48,037 nucleotides of DNA from Gemmatimonadota bacterium (GTDB lineage: Bacteria > Gemmatimonadota > Gemmatimonadetes > Longimicrobiales > RSA9): the NCBI GenBank assembly GCA_040905425.1, contig JBBDRO010000100.1:184402-232438 (forward strand), given 5' to 3'. The position numbers and the translations under genes were made by a program. This document shows, one piece after another, positions 20,298 to 30,112 of this stretch (positions are counted from its first letter, which is position 1; every line of letters starts with the position of its first letter). A model generated the notes under the pieces. It was not told the origin of the DNA. It worked only from the letters and a program-made list of their open reading frames with translations, and ran no database searches.

Positions 20298-20762
20298 ATG
20301 AACACCGATCTGCCGGGACTCACCACCGCCGTATTGCGTCGCGCACCGGGGCGCACGCTGCCGCTGACCGAACTGCAGCGCAGGCTGGCCTCGGAGGGGC
20401 TCGAGGTGAGTGCCCCCGTGCTGCGCCGCATGCTCGACGAGCACCCGGACGCGTACCACCTCACGGAAGCGCCGGATCCATTCGCCACCGCGTGGGGTTG
20501 GACCGGTCCCCAGCGGGAAGCGTACACCATGGCGCTACGCGAGACGGGCGTCACCGAACCGGTGCGCGTGCTGCTGGTGGACGGCTGCGGGGCCAGCGGT
20601 GAGCCCGGCAGCCTGCCCGCGGCCGAGGCTCTGGACGTTTCGATGGCGCGCCTGTGGATGGGGACGCCGGAGACGGAGCGGCGGGCGGAGCTGGCGGCGG
20701 CGCTGCTGGAGGCACGGGCGCTACGCGCCGCCCTGGCCACCCTCCCCGACCGGATCGCCTGA
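20298..20762 (+). CDS. Hypothetical protein (154 aa), possible N-terminal winged-helix-like region
   Basis: ATG at 20298 preceded by GGAGG. Protein-like composition. Fills the gap between prmA and hit. Confidence 0.65.
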   Translation: MNTDLPGLTTAVLRRAPGRTLPLTELQRRLASEGLEVSAPVLRRMLDEHPDAYHLTEAPDPFATAWGWTGPQREAYTMALRETGVTEPVRVLLVDGCGASGEPGSLPAAEALDVSMARLWMGTPETERRAELAAALLEARALRAALATLPDRIA

Positions 20763-21776
20763 CGCGCCGGCCGGCCGGAAGAGACCGCTCCACCACTCAC
20801 CCTCCACGTCGGTCACGTGCAGGACCAGATTCGCCTCCGTGGCGGCGCGCTGCACGGCCGCCGCCTCGGTGGCCAGGATGCCGCTCAGAACGAGGCGGCC
20901 GCCGGGCGCCAGGGCGGCCCGGAAGGCCGCCAGCAGGGGCACGAGCACGGAGCTCAGTACGTTGGCCAGGATCAGGTCCCACCCGGGTGCGCGCCGCTCG
21001 GCCAGCCAGGCGGCATCCACCCGCGCGTGCGCCACCTCGACCCGGTCGGCCACGCCGTTCAGCGCCACGTTCTCCAGGGCGTTGTCGATGGCGTCACCGT
21101 CGGCCTCCACGGCCAAAGCCGCGGCGGCGCCCAGGCGCGCCGCGGCTATGGCCAGCACGGCGGAGCCGGCGCCCACGTCCAGGACGGCCGCGCCGGCGGG
21201 CGCGGCTTGCTGAAGGAGCCGCAGCGTGCCTCGCGTGGTGGGATGCTCGCCGGTGCCGAACGCCATCTTGGGATCGATCCGCACGAGCACCTCTCCGGGC
21301 TCCAGAGGCGCCTCCACCCAGGTGGGCGCCACCACGACCGAGCCGACGCGCCGCGCCCCCAACCCCCGGCACCAGCTCCGGCCCCAGTCCTCCTCCGGCT
21401 GCCACCACCACCGCAGCGTCCAGATAGCGGGCGCCCCGATGGGCGGGTCGCCGCCGCTCACACCGCCGCTCTCGACTCCACTATCGAATCCCGACTCGCC
21501 GGCCGCCTGCCGCACAGCCGCCGCCAGCGCGGCGGACACCTCCGCCAGCCGCTGCCCTACCCCGGGCGGCGCGTCGGCGGGAGCACGCGGCGTGGCGTCG
21601 AGGACCTCCTCCCCCCCGCCGCCCGGAAGGGGATCGGGCAGCCAGGTGCGCAGGGCGCCATCCACTTCCTCCACGGCACTCCCCCCTGACAGCACGAGCC
21701 CCTCGGCGAGCGCGGCGGTGAGCGCTTCCGAGGGGGCTCGTACCTCCACCACGAGCCAGCGGACCCCCGTGCTCAT
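20721..21776 (-). CDS. prmA: Ribosomal protein L11 methyltransferase
   Basis: [25 protein letters not shown] and LVLSGIL motifs; follows dnaJ. Contains a Gly/Pro-rich insert. Confidence 0.9.
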   Translation of the reverse strand: MSTGVRWLVVEVRAPSEALTAALAEGLVLSGGSAVEEVDGALRTWLPDPLPGGGGEEVLDATPRAPADAPPGVGQRLAEVSAALAAAVRQAAGESGFDSGVESGGVSGGDPPIGAPAIWTLRWWWQPEEDWGRSWCRGLGARRVGSVVVAPTWVEAPLEPGEVLVRIDPKMAFGTGEHPTTRGTLRLLQQAAPAGAAVLDVGAGSAVLAIAAARLGAAAALAVEADGDAIDNALENVALNGVADRVEVAHARVDAAWLAERRAPGWDLILANVLSSVLVPLLAAFRAALAPGGRLVLSGILATEAAAVQRAATEANLVLHVTDVEGEWWSGLFRPAGASGDPVGEGGQGGA

Positions 21777-22933
21777 CCGGTGCCGAAAGCCTCCTTCACG
21801 CGGCTCCAGAAGCCGCGATCACCCGGCTCCTCCACGCGCTCCGGCGGCGCGCTCTCCACCTTGCGCAGCGAGCGCACGATGAGCTCCTGCTCCGCGGTCA
21901 GGTCGGTGGGCACCCAGACGACCAGGCGCACGATCAGATCCCCGCGCCCCCCGCCCCGCAGGTGGGGCAGGCCCTTGCCGCGCAAGCGCACGGCGTGCCC
22001 CGACTGGGTACCCGGCGCCACCTTCACCTCCGCCGTCCCCGTTACGGTGGGAACCTCGATCTCGTCACCCAGCACGGCCTGCGCGAAGGTGATGGGCCGC
22101 TCGTGGACCAGGTCCGCGCCGTCCCGTACGAAGCGCGGGTCCTCCGCCACGTCCAGCACCACCAGCACGTCACCACGCGGCCCGCCGCGCGTCCCGGCGT
22201 GCCCGTGACCCCTCAGCGTCAGATAGTCACCCGTGGAAACGCCCGCTGGCACTTCCACTTCGATGCGCTTCTCCGCGGCGGCCACACCCCGCCCGTCGCA
22301 GGTGCGGCACGGGTCGTGGATCTGTTTGCCCTCACCCCCGCACGTGGGGCACGGGGTAACGCTTACCAGCTGGCCCAGGATGGAGCGCTGCACGCGGCGC
22401 ACCTCCCCCACGCCCCCGCACGTCTGGCAGTCCACCGGCGTGGAACCCTCGGCGGCACCGCTCCCGGAGCAGGCCGTGCACGGATCCAGCGCCCGCAGTT
22501 TGACGGTCTTCTTCACGCCCTCGGCCACCTCCGCCAGCGTGAGCGGCACCTGCACGCGGACATCGGGCCCCTTGCGTGCACCGCCCGCCCCGCGCCGCGC
22601 ACGGCCACCGAAGACGTCCTCCATGCCGAAGCCGCCGAAATCGCGCATGAAGACGTTCAGGGCGTCGGAGAAGTCGAAGCCACCAAAGCCACCGCCGAAG
22701 CCGGCCGCGCCGCCCTTCACGCCGGCATGGCCGTAGCGGTCGTAGCGGGCACGCTTGTCGGGATCGCGCAGCACCTCGTACGCCTCCGTGGCCTCCTTGA
22801 AGCGCTCCTCCGCTTCGGGTGCGCCGTTGTTCCGGTCGGGATGATACTTCAGCGCCAGCTGGCGATAGGCCTTCTTGATGGCCTCACCGTCGGCGCTCCG
22901 CTCCACACCCAGGATCTCGTAGTAGTCGTGCAT
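21773..22933 (-). CDS. dnaJ: Chaperone DnaJ
   Basis: J-domain with HPD, G/F-rich linker and four CxxCxGxG repeats. Confidence 0.97.
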   Translation of the reverse strand: MHDYYEILGVERSADGEAIKKAYRQLALKYHPDRNNGAPEAEERFKEATEAYEVLRDPDKRARYDRYGHAGVKGGAAGFGGGFGGFDFSDALNVFMRDFGGFGMEDVFGGRARRGAGGARKGPDVRVQVPLTLAEVAEGVKKTVKLRALDPCTACSGSGAAEGSTPVDCQTCGGVGEVRRVQRSILGQLVSVTPCPTCGGEGKQIHDPCRTCDGRGVAAAEKRIEVEVPAGVSTGDYLTLRGHGHAGTRGGPRGDVLVVLDVAEDPRFVRDGADLVHERPITFAQAVLGDEIEVPTVTGTAEVKVAPGTQSGHAVRLRGKGLPHLRGGGRGDLIVRLVVWVPTDLTAEQELIVRSLRKVESAPPERVEEPGDRGFWSRVKEAFGTG

Positions 22934-23019
22934 TTGCTCCCGCGCACGAGAGACGGCCCCGCCGTGGGCCCGTCCCCGAACGTCTCATACGGCGGCGGAG
23001 CGCAGGCCCCGCCGCGGGT

Positions 23020-24090
23020 TCATTGATGGTCCTCGATGTCGGCGTCGCTGCCGAAGCGGCCCAGGAGGAGACTCGTGTACTCCACCAGCGCCGCCACCTT
23101 CTCGTACGGCATGCGCGTGGGTCCGAGCACCCCGAGCACCCCGGCCACGTTGCCCAGGCGATACTCCGCCGTGATCAGTGTAAAGGGCGCCAGCAGCGGA
23201 TCCTGGTGCTCCCGGCCGATGCTGATGGTGGGCACGCGCTCGTGCTCCCGCCCGCCGATGACGCGCGTCAGGAGATCGCGCTGCTCCGTGAGTTCGATCA
23301 GGCTCCTGAGCTGCGTGCCACTGGCGAACTCGGGCTGGTTGGCCAGCACGCTCGTGCGCCCCAGCAGCAGATCCTCCCCGACCGGCTCGGCCGGCTGCAG
23401 GATGTCCGCGGCGGACTCCATGAAGATGTTCAGGAACTCGGTGGTGACCGTGTTACCGGCACCCGCGTCGCGCAGCCGGTCGGGCAGCGTCTCGCGGATA
23501 TCGGCCAGCGCGTGCCCGGCCAGCCGCTCGTTGAGGATGGCCCCCAGTGCCGCGAGCGCCTGCTCCGGGACGCTGCCACGCAGCTCCACGTAGACGGTCC
23601 GCACGGTGCCATTGCCGAGCGTGAGCACCAGGAGCAGCTTGTCACTGGACACGCGCACCAGGTCCACCTTTTCGAGCACCACGTTGTCCAGGCGCGGGGC
23701 AATGGCCATCCCCAGCTCGCCGGTCAGCAGCCCCAGCACCTGCGCGGCCTGGCGCAGCATGCGCTCCAGCACGCCCCCCTCGCCGTCCTCCAGTTCGCGG
23801 CGGACCTGCCGCTGCTCGGCGGAGGACAGGCGCACCGGGCGCATCAGCGTATCCACGTAGTAGCGGTAGGCCAGATCGGTGGGAATGCGCCCGGCCGACG
23901 TGTGCGGATGGAAGAGGAAGCCTTTCTCCTCCAGGTCGGACATGGCGTTCCGGATGGTGGCGGGGGAAACGCCCAGCCCGTGCCGGCGGGCCACCGTGCG
24001 GCTGCCCGCGGGCTCGGCCGTCTCCACGAACGTGCGGATGACGGCTTCGAGGACCTGCTCCTCCCGTTCTGTCAGTGTCGCGCCAGCCAT
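23020..24090 (-). CDS. hrcA: Heat-inducible transcriptional repressor HrcA
   Basis: SPATIRN, PHTSAGRIPT and GPTRMPY motifs. Confidence 0.96.
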   Translation of the reverse strand: MAGATLTEREEQVLEAVIRTFVETAEPAGSRTVARRHGLGVSPATIRNAMSDLEEKGFLFHPHTSAGRIPTDLAYRYYVDTLMRPVRLSSAEQRQVRRELEDGEGGVLERMLRQAAQVLGLLTGELGMAIAPRLDNVVLEKVDLVRVSSDKLLLVLTLGNGTVRTVYVELRGSVPEQALAALGAILNERLAGHALADIRETLPDRLRDAGAGNTVTTEFLNIFMESAADILQPAEPVGEDLLLGRTSVLANQPEFASGTQLRSLIELTEQRDLLTRVIGGREHERVPTISIGREHQDPLLAPFTLITAEYRLGNVAGVLGVLGPTRMPYEKVAALVEYTSLLLGRFGSDADIEDHQ

Positions 24091-24174
24091 AACGTCATCC
24101 CGCCCGCCGCACCGCGGCGGGGCGATCCTTCCATGCTTGGGGGTCCGTGAAGCTTTGCCGTCCGAGCCGGGGCG

Positions 24175-25302
24175 TCAAGCCGCATCGTGCAGGTCCAGGG
24201 CGAGCCGATCGAGCAGCAGCCACCCGGCCGGTGTCAGTCGGACACGGCCGTCCTCCACGACGGACAGACCCGTCCCCGCCCAGCGGGCGGCCGCGGCATG
24301 CTGTCGGGCCGTCAGTTCAGTACCCGGCAAGCCGCGCGCGGTGCGCAGGCCGAGCCACAGGCGCTCCAGTTCGGCGGCCCGACCTGCCACCTCTTCCTGC
24401 TCCTCGCGCGGCGTTTTCCCCTGCGCCACACGGCCGCGGTACGCCTCCCAGTCGCGCACGTTCCACCAGCGCCGCGGCGCCACGTAGGAGTGGGCCCCCG
24501 GCCCCAGACCCACGTACGCCACGCCGCTCCAGTAGGCCGCGTTGTGGCGGGAAGCCCGCCCCGGGAGCGCGAAGTTGGACACTTCGTAGTGCTCGAAGCC
24601 CGCCGCCGGCAGCCGCTCTGCGGCCAGCCGGTAATCCTCCGCGTAGCGGTCCTCATCCGTCATGGTGACCCGCCCCTGCGCCACCCAGCGGCCCAGCGGC
24701 GTGGCCGGCTCGGCGGTGAGCCCGTAGAGGGAGACGTGCTCCGGCGCCAGCGCCAGCGCCAGCTCCAGGTCCCGCGCCCAGTCCCGGTCCAGGCGACGCG
24801 GCAGGCCGAAGATCAGGTCCACACCCACGTTGTCCAGCCCGGCCGCGCGCGCGGCGTCCATGGCCCGCTCCGGACCCTCGGGGCCGTGCAGGCGCCCCAT
24901 CCAGCGCAACGAGGGAGCATGAAACGTCTGCACGCCCAGGCTCACGCGGGTCACGCCCGCGGCGCGCCAGTCGCGCGCCAGCGCGGGCGTGAAGCTCTCG
25001 GGATTGGCCTCTGCCGTCCACTCGGCCGCCGCGTCCCAGCGCGCCAGCGGGGCCAGCCGCTCACGCAGCGCCGCCATGGCGCCGGTGCCCAGCAGCGAGG
25101 GCGTGCCACCACCCACGTAGACCGTGGCCAGCTCCAGCGGGCCGGCCCACCCCTCCGCGGCCGCCAGCCCGGCCAGCTCCCCGCGTACGGCATCCAGCCA
25201 GGCGTCCACGGGTGGATCGCGCCGCGCGTCCACCGCGAAATCGCAGTAGGCGCAGCGGCGGGCGCAGAAGGGCACGTGGACGTACAGATGGCGTGGGGTC
25301 AC
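24175..25302 (-). CDS. hemW: Radical SAM heme chaperone HemW (HemN-like)
   Basis: YVHVPFCARRCAYCDF, GGGTPS, YEVSNF and HNAAYW motifs. Canonical position upstream of hrcA. Confidence 0.92.
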   Translation of the reverse strand: MTPRHLYVHVPFCARRCAYCDFAVDARRDPPVDAWLDAVRGELAGLAAAEGWAGPLELATVYVGGGTPSLLGTGAMAALRERLAPLARWDAAAEWTAEANPESFTPALARDWRAAGVTRVSLGVQTFHAPSLRWMGRLHGPEGPERAMDAARAAGLDNVGVDLIFGLPRRLDRDWARDLELALALAPEHVSLYGLTAEPATPLGRWVAQGRVTMTDEDRYAEDYRLAAERLPAAGFEHYEVSNFALPGRASRHNAAYWSGVAYVGLGPGAHSYVAPRRWWNVRDWEAYRGRVAQGKTPREEQEEVAGRAAELERLWLGLRTARGLPGTELTARQHAAAARWAGTGLSVVEDGRVRLTPAGWLLLDRLALDLHDAA

Positions 25303-25310
25303 GGCCTCTG

Positions 25311-26510
25311 CTACCCGCGACGGCCCGCCCGGTTGCCCGCTGCCGCTCCCGACCGGTTGCCCGCTGCCGCTCCCGACCGGTTTCCCGCTGCCGCTCCCGC
25401 CCGGCTGCCCGCGTCCGCGCCTGCCCGGCGGAAGCGCGAACCGGCCAGCGACACGGCCAGACCACTCAGCTCCAGTTCCACGAGCGCGGCGTAGACGCGC
25501 CCCGGCGGCAGGCCGGTCCACGCGCAGAGCGGGTCGATGGGCTGGCCCTGCTCGGCCAGCGCGCGCCACACGACCAGCGGATCATCCGCCAGCTCGGGGG
25601 GCGGCGCGGCCGCGCCGTCATCCGGCGGGGCGCGTTGATGATCGGGGAACTCAGCCAGCTCGTTGGTGAGTTCGGCCAGCACGTCCTCCACGTCCCGCAC
25701 CACCGCCGCGCCCTGGTGCAGCAGGCGATTGGTGCCCTCACTCGTGGCGCGTCCCACGGGACCGGGCACGGCAAAGACGTCGAGCCCCAGGTCCTCGCCG
25801 TGACTCACGGTGATGAGCGCGCCGCTCCCCTCCCCCGCCTCCACCACGAGCACGCCCAGCCCGAGCGCGGCCAGGATCCGATTGCGGCGCGGGAAGTGGA
25901 AGGGCCGCGCCGCCTCACCGGGGAGGAACTCCGTCACCAGCAGGCCGTGATCGCGCACCCGCCGCTGCAGCGTGCCATGCTGCCGCGGCGTGGGCACGTC
26001 CGGGCCCGAGGCGAGCACCGCGATGGTGCCGCCGGCGCCGTCCAGCGCGCCGCCGTGCGCCGCGGCATCGATGCCGCGGGCCATGCCGCTGATCACCACC
26101 AGCCCGGCGCGCACCAGATCCCTGGAAAGGGTCCACGCCACGTCCCGGCCGTACTCGGTGGGCGTGCGCGTGCCCACCACGGCCAGGCCCGGCCGGTTCA
26201 GCAGCTCCACGTCACCCTGGAGGAGGATGACCCCCGGCGGGTCGTAGAGCTCCTTGAGCCGCTCCGGGTAGTCCTCATCCGTCCTGCCCCGGAGCTCGGC
26301 GTCCGGCTCCCGCGCCAGCCAGGCCAGCGTGCGCTGCACGGTGGGCTCCCGCTCCGCCATCGTGGCGCGGCCGGCCCGGTCACGCGCCATCTGCCGTGCC
26401 AGCGCGCGCTCCGGCACGGGCTCCTCCTCGAACAGGTCGGCCAGGCCCAGATCACCGAGCCGCGGCCACAGCCGCAGGTGCAGGAGCGCCTCCTCGGAAC
26501 CCCTCAGCAC
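25311..26510 (-). CDS. dprA: DNA-processing protein DprA
   Basis: AVVGTR, SGMARGIDAAAH, FPRRNRI and SGALIT motifs. Confidence 0.94.
   Translation of the reverse strand: MLRGSEEALLHLRLWPRLGDLGLADLFEEEPVPERALARQMARDRAGRATMAEREPTVQRTLAWLAREPDAELRGRTDEDYPERLKELYDPPGVILLQGDVELLNRPGLAVVGTRTPTEYGRDVAWTLSRDLVRAGLVVISGMARGIDAAAHGGALDGAGGTIAVLASGPDVPTPRQHGTLQRRVRDHGLLVTEFLPGEAARPFHFPRRNRILAALGLGVLVVEAGEGSGALITVSHGEDLGLDVFAVPGPVGRATSEGTNRLLHQGAAVVRDVEDVLAELTNELAEFPDHQRAPPDDGAAAPPPELADDPLVVWRALAEQGQPIDPLCAWTGLPPGRVYAALVELELSGLAVSLAGSRFRRAGADAGSRAGAAAGNRSGAAAGNRSGAAAGNRAGRRG
25329..25412. repeat. 24-bp tandem repeat, about 3.5 copies, in the dprA 3' end
   Basis: Units CCGGTTGCCCGCTGCCGCTCCCGA start at 25329, 25353, 25377 and partially 25401. 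They encode GAAAGNRS repeats. Confidence 0.9.
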
Positions 26511-26520
26511 GGCGCCCCAC

Positions 26521-27546
26521 TCACGGCCGCCACGGTTTCTCCTCGACCCCCGCGCGATCCTCCTTTTCCACCTGCCTGAGCCGCTGCCAGATGGCCTCCA
26601 GCAGCGGGTCCTTGCCGCGTCCGCTCACCGCGGACACGAGGAAGACGCCCCATGCGTCAGGCGCCTCCAGCGGCTCCGGCTCCATGTCCGCCGGTAGGAG
26701 GTCCGCCTTGGTCAGCACCACGCAGTGCGGACGCTCGGCCAGCTCGGGGGAGTAGGCGGCCAACTCGTCCCGCAGGACCTGATACTCGGCCTGGAGTTCC
26801 AGGGCGTCCACGGGGATGAGGAGCGCCAGGGTGCGGGTCCGCTCGATGTGGCGCAGGAAGCGGTGCCCGAGCCCCTTGCCCTCGTGCGCGCCCTCGATGA
26901 TCCCGGGGATGTCCGCCAGCACGAAGCTGCGCTGGTCGGGCAGTTGCACCACGCCCAGGTTCGGCGTGATGGTGGTGAAGGGATAGTCGGCCACCTTGGG
27001 CGTGGCCGCGGAGACGGCCGCCAGGAAGGTGCTCTTGCCGGCGTTCGGCTGGCCCACCAGCCCCACGTCCGCGATGAGCTTGAGCTCCAGCTTGACGGTG
27101 CGCTCCTCCCCTTCCGCGCCGGGCTCCCACCGGCGGGGCGCCTGGTTGGTGGGCGTGGCGAAGGCGGCGTTGCCCCGCCCGCCGCGGCCGCCACGCGCCA
27201 CCACGAACTCCTCCCCGTCCTCGACCAGCTCGGCCAGCAGCTCCCCCGTGTCCCGGTCCCGCACCACCGTACCCGGCGGCACCCGCAGCGTGAGATCCTT
27301 GCCGTCCCGCCCCGTGCGGCCCTTGCCCTGGCCGTGCTGGCCGCGCTCCGCGCGGTAATGCTGGTGGTAGCGGAAATCGAGGAGCGTGGAGAGCTGCGCG
27401 TCGGCGCGCAGGATGACGCTGCCACCGTGGCCGCCGTCGCCGCCCGAGGGGCCGCCGAATGCCACGCCCATCTCGCGCCGGAAGGCTTCGGCGCCCGAGC
27501 CGCCGACCCCGCCCGCCACCTGGATCACTACTTCATCAACGAACAC
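26521..27546 (-). CDS. obgE: GTPase ObgE/CgtA
   Basis: FVDEV, Gly-rich Obg fold, GQPNAGKST, YPFTT, DIPG and TKAD motifs. GTG start at 27546 after GGAGGG. Confidence 0.96.
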   Translation of the reverse strand: MFVDEVVIQVAGGVGGSGAEAFRREMGVAFGGPSGGDGGHGGSVILRADAQLSTLLDFRYHQHYRAERGQHGQGKGRTGRDGKDLTLRVPPGTVVRDRDTGELLAELVEDGEEFVVARGGRGGRGNAAFATPTNQAPRRWEPGAEGEERTVKLELKLIADVGLVGQPNAGKSTFLAAVSAATPKVADYPFTTITPNLGVVQLPDQRSFVLADIPGIIEGAHEGKGLGHRFLRHIERTRTLALLIPVDALELQAEYQVLRDELAAYSPELAERPHCVVLTKADLLPADMEPEPLEAPDAWGVFLVSAVSGRGKDPLLEAIWQRLRQVEKEDRAGVEEKPWRP

Positions 27547-27547
27547 G

Positions 27548-28219
27548 TCAGTCGTTCCCTCCGTCCTGGGTGCCTGCGGTGGGTCTGGGGCCCGACCGTT
27601 CACGTACCGCGCGCCAGAGCGCCGCGGCGGCCGCCGCACGCTCATGACCCTGCACGCCCGCCGCCTCGGCCAGCGTGTCCTCCACCTGCGCGGCGGTGGC
27701 GCCGGCATGCAGCGCCCCCCGCAGGTGCGAGTACAGCTGGCGCGGCGCGACGAGTCCCGCCGTCAGCGCCACGATACACAGCTCCCGCACACGCAGTGGC
27801 AGCCCCGGGCGGCCCAGCACGCGCCCGTAGCCCTCCTCCAGCATCCAGCGCTCGAGCGCGGGATGCAGGGCGGCCACGTTGGCGCGCAACGGTACGTACT
27901 GCGTGCCGTAGACCACCCGGCAGACCTTTTCGCCGCGCGCCCGGAGCTGCGGCGGCGGCAGCGCCTCGTCCGGCGCATGCACGGTGGGTCCGGCCACCTC
28001 CCGCCAAGCGGCGAACGCCTCCAGCGCGGCCGGGTAGCCCGCGAAGAGATGACTCTGCAGGAGCACCTCCTCCCCGGCGGCGTGCAAGCCGGCCGCCGCC
28101 ACGGCTCGCGCCGCCTCGCGCAGGGCTTCCGCTCCGGGATCCGCCACCGCCGCGGCCAGCCGGACGAGGAGCCGCTCGCCTGCAGCAAGGCCCCCACCTG
28201 GTTGCGCGGGAGCGCTCAC
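27548..28219 (-). CDS. Carboxymuconolactone decarboxylase (CMD/AhpD-like) family protein
   Basis: EEVLLQSHLFAGYP and RPGLPLRVRELCIVA...QLYSHLRGALHAG CMD-type repeats. Start uncertain. Confidence 0.75.
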   Translation of the reverse strand: MSAPAQPGGGLAAGERLLVRLAAAVADPGAEALREAARAVAAAGLHAAGEEVLLQSHLFAGYPAALEAFAAWREVAGPTVHAPDEALPPPQLRARGEKVCRVVYGTQYVPLRANVAALHPALERWMLEEGYGRVLGRPGLPLRVRELCIVALTAGLVAPRQLYSHLRGALHAGATAAQVEDTLAEAAGVQGHERAAAAAALWRAVRERSGPRPTAGTQDGGND

Positions 28220-28466
28220 CCCGCCGCCGTCCCGCTGCCTGTGGTCATGCCCGCTCCACTCGCGCCAAGGTGTGCCTCCCCCGTGGGCAGCGCCATGGTA
28301 GCCGGGGCCACCAGCACGCCGCGCCGGGCCGCTGCCGGGTCCCCATGATCGCGGCAGCGGGCGTGCGCGGGAAGGGCGGCGGGAGGACGAGGCAGGCGCG
28401 CGCGCGGCCGCAGGCCGGGCGCGCGCGGCGCCTCCGGAGGATGGGATGCTTAGTCGCTTGACGGCT

Positions 28467-29120
28467 TCAGGAGGGGCGCCCGCCGTGGAGCACCGGCCCC
28501 TGCCGACCCAGATGATACCCCAGCTCCGCCAGCCCGAGTGAGATGTGTTCCTGACGGACCACCACCCCCGGAGGCACCGCGATCTCGGCCCCGGCAAAAT
28601 TCCAGATCGCCCGTATGCCCGCGTGGATGACCTGGTCGGCCACCTCCTGCGCCGCAGCGACGGGCGTCGTGATGATGGCCATGGGGACCATGCGGGTGCG
28701 GATGAAGGGGACGAGACCCTTCATGGCGCGCACGGTGCAGCCACCCAGCGGAGTCCCGACGCGCGCCGCATCGTTGTCGAAGGCGGCCACGATGTAGAGC
28801 CCGTACGTGGCGAATCCCGTGTAGGCCAGCAAGGCGCCCCCCAGGTGGCCCGCCCCGATGAGCACGGCTTCGTTGCGCCGGTCGAAGCCCAGCACGGCGC
28901 GAATGGCATAGCGCACCTCCCACACGTCGAAGCCCACCCGCCCGGAACCCACCAGGCCGATGGCCGCGAAGTCCTTGCGCACCTGCGTGGCATCGATTTC
29001 CAGGGCGGCCGCGATCTGCGTACTGGGAATGCGCGTGATGGGCTCGCGGGCAGCGGTCTGATCCACGTAGCGCAGGTAGCGCATGAGCCGCTCGAGCACC
29101 CGGCGCGACAACGTGGTCAT
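28467..29120 (-). CDS. rex: Second, divergent Rex-family regulator
   Basis: RLMRY, QVRKDF, GAGHLG, AAFD and WNFA motifs. Confidence 0.88.
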   Translation of the reverse strand: MTTLSRRVLERLMRYLRYVDQTAAREPITRIPSTQIAAALEIDATQVRKDFAAIGLVGSGRVGFDVWEVRYAIRAVLGFDRRNEAVLIGAGHLGGALLAYTGFATYGLYIVAAFDNDAARVGTPLGGCTVRAMKGLVPFIRTRMVPMAIITTPVAAAQEVADQVIHAGIRAIWNFAGAEIAVPPGVVVRQEHISLGLAELGYHLGRQGPVLHGGRPS

Positions 29121-30082
29121 GAGTGGCCTCCCTCCGCGATAATACGGGTCGGCGAGCCAGCTGGCCGCCGCTCCCGGCCAGCCAGCACCGTGAGGGCTAT
29201 CCCGATCAGGATCACCACGCCCCCCACGAGCGTCTGGAGGGGTGGCACCTCGCGGAGCCCTGGCAGCAGCCAGGCGATCAGGGTGGCACCGATCGGCTCG
29301 CCCAGCACGGCCACGTTGGCCACGTAGGCGGGGATGTAGCGAAGTGCGTAGTTCACGCCCGTGTGGCCGATCATCATGGGCCCGGCGGCCAGGGCCAGGA
29401 AGATGGCCCAGTCACCCGGCGGATAGCCGGTCATCGTCACACCGGGATGGCCCACCACGGCCACGGTGAGCGCCAGGGCGGCCACGCCGTAGACCACGCC
29501 GACGTACGCCCAGAGGTCCAGTTCGCGGCGGAGCCGCCGGCCGATCACGTAGTAGCACGACGCGAAGACGGCCCCGGCCACCGCCAGCAGATCGCCCACC
29601 AGGGCGTCGCGCCCCAGCGCAAAGTCCCCCCACCCGACCAGCATGGCGCCCGCCACCGCCACCAGGATCCCCACCCACTGCCAGAGCCGCGGCCGCTCGC
29701 CCAGGAAGAGGACGGACAGCAGCCCCACGAAGATGGCCTGCGTGTTCACGAGCACCACACTGCTGGCCACCGTGGTGAGCGAGAGCGAGGCGATCCAGCT
29801 CCAGAAGTGCGCGGCCAGGAAGAGCCCCGCCAGGAGGGCCAGCACCCCTCCACGCCCCCACAACAGCGTGCCCACCCCCACCAGGGCCCCACGCCGGAAC
29901 GCCAGCACCAGCGCGATGAACGCCACGGAGAGGACCAGGCGCCACACAGAGACCGCCAGCGCCGGCGCCGTGGCGAAGCGGATGAGCGGACCCGCCCACG
30001 AGATGGCCAGCACGGCCGCCACGAGCACCAGACCGGGCGGCAGCGGCCGGGCACGGCCAGCGGAATAAGCGACGAGGCTCAC
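29117..30082 (-). CDS. DMT/EamA family transporter
   Basis: About 10 TM segments. HFWSWIASL..TTVASSVVLV and GEPIGAT. Confidence 0.9.
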   Translation of the reverse strand: MSLVAYSAGRARPLPPGLVLVAAVLAISWAGPLIRFATAPALAVSVWRLVLSVAFIALVLAFRRGALVGVGTLLWGRGGVLALLAGLFLAAHFWSWIASLSLTTVASSVVLVNTQAIFVGLLSVLFLGERPRLWQWVGILVAVAGAMLVGWGDFALGRDALVGDLLAVAGAVFASCYYVIGRRLRRELDLWAYVGVVYGVAALALTVAVVGHPGVTMTGYPPGDWAIFLALAAGPMMIGHTGVNYALRYIPAYVANVAVLGEPIGATLIAWLLPGLREVPPLQTLVGGVVILIGIALTVLAGRERRPAGSPTRIIAEGGHS

Positions 30083-30112
30083 GTCATCCTTGTGGCGCCG
30101 CCCGTTGCCAGC

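Noticed and set aside
24091..24180. CIRCE element or promoter upstream of hrcA
   Set aside because: No CIRCE inverted repeat found. A TTGACG is present but the matching -10 is poor.
28216..28296. Short ORF (MALPTGEA...GTAAG) ending on the CMD start codon
   Set aside because: 26 codons, low complexity and no supporting evidence.
28390..28434. GC-rich hairpin downstream of rex2 as a terminator
   Set aside because: Imperfect stem with no U-tract. Such stems are common by chance at this GC level.
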